54,223 nt of DNA from a virus. Its lineage: Duplodnaviria; Caudoviricetes. Where the stretch lies: positions 1-54,223 of IMG/VR virus record IMGVR_UViG_3300037010_002778; one strand, 5' to 3'. Numbering within the stretch: the stretch's first letter is position 1; each line of letters begins with the position of its first letter. The notes under the pieces are model-generated. The model saw only the letters and a program-made list of their open reading frames with translations, ran no database searches and had not been told where the DNA came from. The position numbers and the translations under genes are program-made. Below, piece after piece: positions 47,959 to 54,223 of this stretch.

Positions 47959-49355
47959 AGCAAATCAATCCTCCATTAGACCAAAAATATTTGACTTTTG
48001 GCGATTTTGTTGATTTAGTTTATGTTTTTGGGTATAAAAACAAACATTACATTAAAGAAAATTTAAGAAAATTAGGAATTTACAATCCAATTTTTACATT
48101 AAATGATTTTAATAGTACTTTTTTTAAAAATTTAAAATATTTTTTGAATGATGATAAAAACACAAAACGTATTTTATTTTTAAAAGACAATGTTCATTTT
48201 CATTCAAAAATTGTTGATTATTGTTGGTTAACAAATAATAACGTTCCTTCAAATTTTGACGTTTTTTTAGTGGGTTATGAAGGTAAAATTAGTTTAGGTG
48301 AAAAAATAAATTATTTTACCTTTAATTTACCTAATCCTGACAATATAGAGTTAAAATTAATTAAAAATTATAACGAAATAAATGACATTTATGGTTTAGT
48401 TTTAAATAAAGATTTTATTTTAAACTTAAATAATGAAGTAAATTCAATTGAAGATATATTAAAAAATACTAATTCTAATCATATAATTTTAGCACCTACT
48501 ATAAAATATTTTGAGACTGATATAAATGACTCTAACTATGTTCCAATAGTACAAAAAGATTTAAATATTTTTAAATTTAGACAACTTAATGAACATTTTG
48601 GAGACTCAATTTGGTATATAACATTTTTTAATAAATTACTTAAAAAATATTCAGAAATATCAATTTATTATTATGTTCGCGGCCACTACTTATATGAACT
48701 AAATAAATTAAAAACTTCAAATCGTCTTCAACTTTTTGATATAAAAGACTTAAATGAAGACATACCATTTATTCATTTTGGACAAGATGATAGTGTTTTG
48801 GAAACAGCTCAAAAGTTTTCGTTTCAATTTTCAAAAATAAAGCAATATTATTTTAATGATTTTTTAAAAAAGCATTTTAATATCAACAATTTTGAGTTTA
48901 GTGAAGATGAAACATTTTATGAGAATGATGATATAAAAAATAATTATAATTTTGAATTTTTAATTGTTAACTCAAATTCAATGGCTTTAAATTTTGCCAC
49001 TGAAACTGAAAAATTAAATGAATTATTTGAAATTTTAGCCGACAAATTAAATGAACTTAATGTAAAATTTATAACAACTGAAAAAATAAAGGATTATCCT
49101 TGTACTCGTGAATTAGCACCCAATTTTATAGATATTTTTAATTTATCACAAAATTTAAACTATATTGTAGGTATGGACACTGGTCCTGTAAATGTAGCTG
49201 TTAATAAAAATAACTTATATAAACTTAAAAAATTTATAATTTTAAACACAAATGGATGGAATTATAATAACTATAAAAATTCAATGGCAATTTTTAGTAC
49301 AAAAGATTTTGAAAATTTAATAAACAATTTAGGTGATTTTTTAAATGGAAATTAA
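47955..49355 (+). CDS. Glycosyltransferase with GT9/heptosyltransferase-like C-domain
   Basis: HFGDSIW and IVGMDTGP motifs; paralog of 50442..51806. Confidence 0.6.
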   Translation: MKQINPPLDQKYLTFGDFVDLVYVFGYKNKHYIKENLRKLGIYNPIFTLNDFNSTFFKNLKYFLNDDKNTKRILFLKDNVHFHSKIVDYCWLTNNNVPSNFDVFLVGYEGKISLGEKINYFTFNLPNPDNIELKLIKNYNEINDIYGLVLNKDFILNLNNEVNSIEDILKNTNSNHIILAPTIKYFETDINDSNYVPIVQKDLNIFKFRQLNEHFGDSIWYITFFNKLLKKYSEISIYYYVRGHYLYELNKLKTSNRLQLFDIKDLNEDIPFIHFGQDDSVLETAQKFSFQFSKIKQYYFNDFLKKHFNINNFEFSEDETFYENDDIKNNYNFEFLIVNSNSMALNFATETEKLNELFEILADKLNELNVKFITTEKIKDYPCTRELAPNFIDIFNLSQNLNYIVGMDTGPVNVAVNKNNLYKLKKFIILNTNGWNYNNYKNSMAIFSTKDFENLINNLGDFLNGN

Positions 49356-49854
49356 AGTTTACAAAGACAAAATATACCCTCATTTTCAAACAGAAGGTTT
49401 CGCTGCTCAATATGTATTTCCTTTTGCTCAAAAAGTATGTGAAGGAGTTGGTTGTGATATAGGTCCAAACAAACTCGAGTGGGCTTTTCCAGGTTCTATA
49501 CCAGTGGATATTGTTTTTAATGACAAATTTCACGCTTTAAATTTACCTAAAACTAAAAAATTATACGATTACATTTTCTCATCTCATTGTTTAGAGCATA
49601 TAAAAGAAAATTGGACTGACGTTTTGGACTATTGGATGTCCAAAATTAAAGGTGGCGGTATTTTATTTTTGTACTTACCTGATTATTCACAAGAATATTG
49701 GAGACCTTGGAACAATAAAAAACATATTCATATTTTTACGCCTCAAATAATGCAGGATTACTTTAATGACAGAAATGATGTAAAACATTTTTTTGTCTCA
49801 GGTATTGACCTCTATAATTCTTTTTCGGTTGTTGTTGAAAAAGCAGGTTTTTAA
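49345..49854 (+). CDS. Class I SAM-dependent methyltransferase
   Basis: CDIG, DYIFSSHCLEH and KGGGILFLYLP. Confidence 0.85.
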   Translation: MEIKVYKDKIYPHFQTEGFAAQYVFPFAQKVCEGVGCDIGPNKLEWAFPGSIPVDIVFNDKFHALNLPKTKKLYDYIFSSHCLEHIKENWTDVLDYWMSKIKGGGILFLYLPDYSQEYWRPWNNKKHIHIFTPQIMQDYFNDRNDVKHFFVSGIDLYNSFSVVVEKAGF

Positions 49855-49855
49855 A

Positions 49856-50440
49856 ATGGGTTATATTTGGGATCACGATGTAAAATTTTTAAAAAATAAG
49901 TATAGTTTAAGAAATTTTGTTGAGACAGGTACTTATAAAGGTGATGCAATTTTATATGTGTCTCAATTTAATTTTGAAAAATACTACACTGTTGAACTCA
50001 ACGATATTTTTATACAAATTGCTCTTGAAAAATTTAATGGTATTAAAAATTTTAAAATTTTTAAAGGTAGTTCGTCTTATTGCCTAAAGACTATTTTGCG
50101 TGAATTAAATGGATGCCCTACACTTTTTTGGCTTGATGCTCATTTACCCGACATATACCCAGAAACAAATGACGAAATTTTAGAGGAAGACTTAAGGTTT
50201 CCACTTATAAATGAATTAAATACAATTTTAAAAAATAGAAATATTTCAAACGACTGTTTTATAATTGACGATTTGAGACTTTACGAGGATTTAAATTATG
50301 AAAAAGGCAATATTGATGATGCACGTAAACCTAAAAACCAAGATTTAAGTAAAGTTATAGAGAAATTTGAACATACTCACAACATTATAAAGTCTTTAAA
50401 TAGCGAAGGCTTTTTAATTTTTGAGCCTAAAGGAGATTGA
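49856..50440 (+). CDS. Class I SAM-dependent methyltransferase
   Basis: FVETGTYKG, FWLDAH and IIDD. ATG at 49856. Confidence 0.8.
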   Translation: MGYIWDHDVKFLKNKYSLRNFVETGTYKGDAILYVSQFNFEKYYTVELNDIFIQIALEKFNGIKNFKIFKGSSSYCLKTILRELNGCPTLFWLDAHLPDIYPETNDEILEEDLRFPLINELNTILKNRNISNDCFIIDDLRLYEDLNYEKGNIDDARKPKNQDLSKVIEKFEHTHNIIKSLNSEGFLIFEPKGD

Positions 50441-50441
50441 A

Positions 50442-51806
50442 ATGGATGTTTTATTTAGAGCACCTTTGAAACTTACTGATTTTGTTGATCAAATTTTTAT
50501 TTTAGGATCAAAAAATTTTTTAAGTATAAAAAGAAGTCTTACGAATTTGGACTTTACAACTAATATTAATTTTTTTGTGCAAAATAATGAAAATTTTATA
50601 CAACAACTTAAAAATTTTGACTTTAAAAAAAATATTTTAATTTTAAATTCAGACTATTTTGTAGACGATGAGCTTATTTATAAAAATTTAAATTTTGTAG
50701 TTGCACCAAATATTAATAAATTTGACATTATTTTTTGGAGTGGAGAATATGAAAATTTAAAATTAATTGAGGGCTTAGGTTCATATTGGGATAAACTAAA
50801 TACTTTTAAAAATAATATAAACGACATAAATATTTATAAATTAAATGAAGATGTTATTATAAAAAATTGGCATGCTGTTGTAATTTCAAATGAATTTTTA
50901 AAAAATTTACCAAACAATATTAAAAGTATAGAAGAACTTTTATTTTTGTCAAAAAATAATTATATAGTCCAACCTAATTTATTAAAAAAAAACTTAATCA
51001 AAATTACTAAAAGTCCTAATTTCTCAGTTGTTTTAAATTTTAAACAGGGTGATCATTTAGGTGACAATTTATTCACTTTAATATATCTAAATAAATTAGT
51101 AGAGAAATTTAATCATATTTATATTAATTTTTATATAAATTCAAGTAATATTTCACAAATTAATAAATTAAAAACAAATAATAATATTCAAATTTTTGAC
51201 ATAAATGAAAGCTCAGAGGATATTCCTTATTTAGGACTCGGTTTTGACTTAAAACTTTTTGAGGATGCCAATTATGTTGACAAGGATCTTTTATATTTTA
51301 GGTTATTAAATTACGAAAAATTCTCAAAATTTTTAAATGTACCTAAATTATTTTATAATATTGATGATGTACTTTATAGTAACAAAAATATAAAATTTGA
51401 CGAATCAGCTAATTATACTCATATTTTAATAAACTCAAGATCGATGTCTTATACATTTTCAAATTCTTATAATTTAATAAACGAACAATTTATTAAAATA
51501 GCTGATTTTCTTTATAATAAAGGAATTAAATTTATAACAACAGAAAAAATAAAAGACTACCCTTGTACTCGTGAATTATATCCAAATTTAATTGACATTT
51601 ATAAAATAACTCCAAATTTAAAAGTTATAGTTGCTATTGACACAGCTCCTTTAAACATAGTTATAACAAAAGAAAACTATAAAAATTTAAAGCAATTCTT
51701 ACACTTAAATCAAAATATTTTTAATTATAAAAGGTCTATACCAATAAGTCAAAATATAAGACAAATTAAAGAATTCGAACAAATTAATTTAAATTCTTTA
51801 GTATAA
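50442..51806 (+). CDS. Glycosyltransferase with GT9-like C-domain (paralog)
   Basis: HLGDNLF and IVAIDTAP; shares KFITTEKIKDYPCTREL with 47955..49355. Confidence 0.6.
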   Translation: MDVLFRAPLKLTDFVDQIFILGSKNFLSIKRSLTNLDFTTNINFFVQNNENFIQQLKNFDFKKNILILNSDYFVDDELIYKNLNFVVAPNINKFDIIFWSGEYENLKLIEGLGSYWDKLNTFKNNINDINIYKLNEDVIIKNWHAVVISNEFLKNLPNNIKSIEELLFLSKNNYIVQPNLLKKNLIKITKSPNFSVVLNFKQGDHLGDNLFTLIYLNKLVEKFNHIYINFYINSSNISQINKLKTNNNIQIFDINESSEDIPYLGLGFDLKLFEDANYVDKDLLYFRLLNYEKFSKFLNVPKLFYNIDDVLYSNKNIKFDESANYTHILINSRSMSYTFSNSYNLINEQFIKIADFLYNKGIKFITTEKIKDYPCTRELYPNLIDIYKITPNLKVIVAIDTAPLNIVITKENYKNLKQFLHLNQNIFNYKRSIPISQNIRQIKEFEQINLNSLV

Positions 51807-52352
51807 AGTTGATATTATAATTTTTAGTTTTTTGTCTCTATTAATCCAACCTTTGAGGAATTTCTTTTTAGAATGGTTATGCTTTACAATCAAATACCTA
51901 AATTTTATTCTTTTATCGCAATATTGAAGAGCTCTTAAAGAATCATTTAACGTTGAATCAGTTTCGTTTAAAAGTTTTTGAGCACCTGTGAGTCCAAAAT
52001 TAACTGCTGTGTCAAAATGTACCAAACACATTCTTATTGGCATTTCTGAGGCTCTAGACTTAAAGTAATACATATTATAATAGATTTCATATACTTCATT
52101 TTTCGTGATGTTTATAACGTCGTTTCTTTTTAAATGATGGGTATTTCTATATTTATTATAAGTTCCTTGTGTTATTCCGAAATTTGTATGTTCTTCTTTA
52201 AAGTAGCCACCTTCAAATTTTAAAACAATTTCAATTGTTTTTACAAATTTTTGGTCTTCGGCTGTGATGTTTTGAGCGATTTTGGTATTTGCATTTAAAC
52301 TTATTTTGTAAAAACTTAAAAAAAACAATAATATGTAAACAATTTTTCTCAT
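51798..52352 (-). CDS. GH108 lysozyme (endolysin) with signal-peptide-like N-terminus
   Basis: FEGGY, TNFGITQ, FDTAVNFG and FLKGWINR. Confidence 0.88.
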   Translation of the reverse strand: MRKIVYILLFFLSFYKISLNANTKIAQNITAEDQKFVKTIEIVLKFEGGYFKEEHTNFGITQGTYNKYRNTHHLKRNDVINITKNEVYEIYYNMYYFKSRASEMPIRMCLVHFDTAVNFGLTGAQKLLNETDSTLNDSLRALQYCDKRIKFRYLIVKHNHSKKKFLKGWINRDKKLKIIISTLY

Positions 52353-52389
52353 TTCTTAATATATATTTAAAAATAAACAACTTAAAAAA

Positions 52390-52647
52390 ATGACAAATTC
52401 TCAATACTTTAAAAATATTATTTTGACCGCTTTTAGCATAAATTACGATCAATCTTTATTAATTTTTAAGCAGTATATAAAAATTGAAGAGGTGCATCCT
52501 TCTTTAAAGACGATTAATATGAAATTTAATTCTTACTTAAAGGAAAGTCCTGATTTGGCATTCCAGTTAATTCAACATTTACACCAAGAGGTTATGAACA
52601 ATTCTGCTCAAATGAGACAAAGAAACTCAGCAGGCATAACATATTAA
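52390..52647 (+). CDS. Hypothetical protein
   Basis: 85-aa ORF downstream of the 23-bp divergent element. Confidence 0.55.
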   Translation: MTNSQYFKNIILTAFSINYDQSLLIFKQYIKIEEVHPSLKTINMKFNSYLKESPDLAFQLIQHLHQEVMNNSAQMRQRNSAGITY

Positions 52648-52660
52648 AAAAATAAATAAA

Positions 52661-53137
52661 ATGTTTTGCGAAAAAATACAAATTTTAGATGATTACAATT
52701 TGTTAATTGATGAATTTTTTGTTTTTTCAGCCAAATATTGTCCAAATTCTTTAATTACTTGGAATAAACAAACATTTACTTTAAAGTTAAAAACTCCATT
52801 TTTTGAAAATTTTACATTTAAAGACTATATTGAAAAAAATGAATTAAAGTTCATACAATTACTTACAACATTTAATAGTAATTTAATTTTTGGAAATTGG
52901 ACAAATAATGAATTTTTTGTGACTGATATACTTAATATAAACAAAAAATATATAAACTATGAAATTTACAATACTTATTTAGATGAAACGAATATTAAAT
53001 ATTTACATACTTTAGGTAAATTTACTAAAAGCTCATTTTTAGAGAATTTAAAAAATAAAATATTTAAAAATGAAAATTTTATTGTAAAAAAATACGATTC
53101 TCAAAATTTTTATAAAATAAATTTAAACAAAACCTAA
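52661..53137 (+). CDS. Hypothetical protein, possibly an eroded RNA-ligase-like fold
   Basis: FFVTDI and ENFIVK loosely echo ligase motifs IIIa and IV. There is no KxDG motif. Confidence 0.4.
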   Translation: MFCEKIQILDDYNLLIDEFFVFSAKYCPNSLITWNKQTFTLKLKTPFFENFTFKDYIEKNELKFIQLLTTFNSNLIFGNWTNNEFFVTDILNINKKYINYEIYNTYLDETNIKYLHTLGKFTKSSFLENLKNKIFKNENFIVKKYDSQNFYKINLNKT

Positions 53138-53180
53138 ATTAAATTATAAAAATTTTAAATTAAATTGTAATGGACTAAAA

Positions 53181-53513
53181 ATGATAACTTACGAGAACTT
53201 TGCATTTTTAATGAACTCTATAAAAAGGCAACTAGAATCAGATAAAGAAATTTCACATAAAATAATGGAGATGTTTCACAATTCTTATTTTGTAAAAGAT
53301 ACTGTTTTAATTGATGATGCAATAACTTTTTTAAAGACTGAGTTTAATGACACAGAAGATTGGATTAGTTATTTTATATTTGAACTTGAGTTTGGTGAGC
53401 TTGCTACACCAGAGTCAGTTTTAGTTGATAATAAATGTGTTCCAATTGCAAATTTAAATGATCTCTATTTAAATTTTTTAGTTCCAAACTACATAAAAAA
53501 AATAAGGAGTTAA
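53181..53513 (+). CDS. Hypothetical phage protein
   Basis: DWISYFIFELEFG...LNDLY, a pattern typical of small phage proteins. Confidence 0.7.
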   Translation: MITYENFAFLMNSIKRQLESDKEISHKIMEMFHNSYFVKDTVLIDDAITFLKTEFNDTEDWISYFIFELEFGELATPESVLVDNKCVPIANLNDLYLNFLVPNYIKKIRS

Positions 53514-53520
53514 ACACAAA

Positions 53521-53817
53521 ATGAAAAAATTGCTAATTTTAACATTTTTTTTGATTGCAACCGGTTTATTTGCTCAAGTTGCAACAAATCAAGGTAAAGG
53601 AATTCTTGTTCAGCCAACGCCTGTAACAAAACCTATTACACAACCTATAACAAAACATGAAGCAAAACACATAAAATATGAAGCAAAGCACATAAAACAT
53701 GAAGCAAAGCATATAAAACATATTACTAAACATAACACAAAACACAATTTTAAACCTGTAACTAAACCTATAGTAAATCCTGTAACAAAACCTGTAACTA
53801 AACCTAATTTATTTTAA
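53521..53817 (+). CDS. Small secreted Lys/His-rich repeat protein
   Basis: Signal peptide MKKLLILTFFLIATGLFA|Q, with P(V/I)T(K/Q) and KHEAKHI repeats. Confidence 0.75.
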   Translation: MKKLLILTFFLIATGLFAQVATNQGKGILVQPTPVTKPITQPITKHEAKHIKYEAKHIKHEAKHIKHITKHNTKHNFKPVTKPIVNPVTKPVTKPNLF

Positions 53818-53837
53818 ATTTTTTAAAAAATAAATTC

Positions 53838-53883
53838 AAAAGAAAAAGGACTTATTTTATTCAAAAGAGGTCCTTTTTCTTTT
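53838..53883 (+). terminator. 16-bp inverted repeat, terminator-like
   Basis: AAAAGAAAAAGGACTT ... AGGTCCTTTTTCTTTT. Confidence 0.7.
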
Positions 53884-53904
53884 AAAGTAAAAGGAGAGGT
53901 AAAG

Positions 53905-54078
53905 ATGGATGAATTTGATGATATTTTTGACGAATACGATCCCGCTAATGATTGGGTCTTGCATGGTAATAAGGCTATTGAATCTGAAAATGATGTATAT
54001 TGGAAAAAGCAACCTGAAAAATTTAATGACGACAATTATGATACTTGGAAAACACGAAGTAAACAATATAAAAAATGA
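53905..54078 (+). CDS. 57-aa acidic hypothetical protein (not in the ORF track)
   Basis: AGGAGAGG RBS, then MDEFDDIFDEYDPANDWVLHG...QYKK-stop. Confidence 0.65.
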   Translation: MDEFDDIFDEYDPANDWVLHGNKAIESENDVYWKKQPEKFNDDNYDTWKTRSKQYKK

Positions 54079-54096
54079 GAAATAAAACAATTAATG

Positions 54097-54223
54097 GTGA
54101 ACTAACACAACTCTAAAGAGTTGTATCTTCCTGCTTCATAGTTCACACTTACAATAGATTTTAAATAATTTATTGCAGAGGAGTTAAACTCCACAGGCTT
54201 AAAATTCCTACGTTCCATAGGTA
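54097..54223 (-). mobile_element. tnpB: 3' end of a probable tnpB (IS200/IS605 or IS607 type) element with right-end hairpin
   Basis: The minus strand reads PMERRNFKPVE...YEAGRYNSLELC-stop (54102), with hairpin ACAACTC-TTTA-GAGTTGT followed by TAGTTCAC. The RuvC motifs would lie outside the window. Confidence 0.65.

Noticed and set aside
6114-47975. Similar N-termini MKQLNPP (6114) and MKQINPP (47955)
   Set aside because: The match is only seven residues with little similarity beyond, so it is probably chance.
53823-54090. Track ORFs 53823..54035 and 53857..54090 on the minus strand
   Set aside because: They cross a terminator-like hairpin and oppose a plus-strand ORF with a strong RBS.

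Overview
Very AT-rich, gene-dense, mostly plus-strand segment of a large tailed-phage genome with T4-like (myovirus/jumbo) core genes. All calls come from reading motifs by eye; no database searches were run. From left to right: the end of a collagen-like fibre gene and a probable holin; a replication/recombination block (clamp-like protein, a degenerate family B polymerase C-half, UvsX/RecA, gp41 helicase, gp47/gp46); late genes (gp15-like, gp55 sigma, gp4, gp2, portal, AAA ATPase); and a clamp loader. Five tandem paralogs ending in variable G-x-W-x-x repeats sit between gp4 and gp2. An accessory region follows (secreted protein with a T9SS-like tail, degenerate tRNA, GH73, GT2, ADP-ribosyltransferase, psd, DUF3326). 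Next is an operon in which a bacterial-type DnaE is flanked by nucleotide/NDP-sugar enzymes and two divergent ThyX-like genes. The window closes with a glycosyl/methyltransferase cluster, a GH108 lysin and the 3' end of a probable tnpB element. Most notable: (1) two naturally split inteins with different split geometry (UvsX, 24-aa IntN; dUTPase, 35-aa IntC) plus a contiguous mini-intein in DnaE; (2) a candidate undescribed modified-nucleotide pathway linked to an apparent PolB-to-DnaE polymerase replacement; (3) the mosaic five-gene Trp-pentapeptide array.
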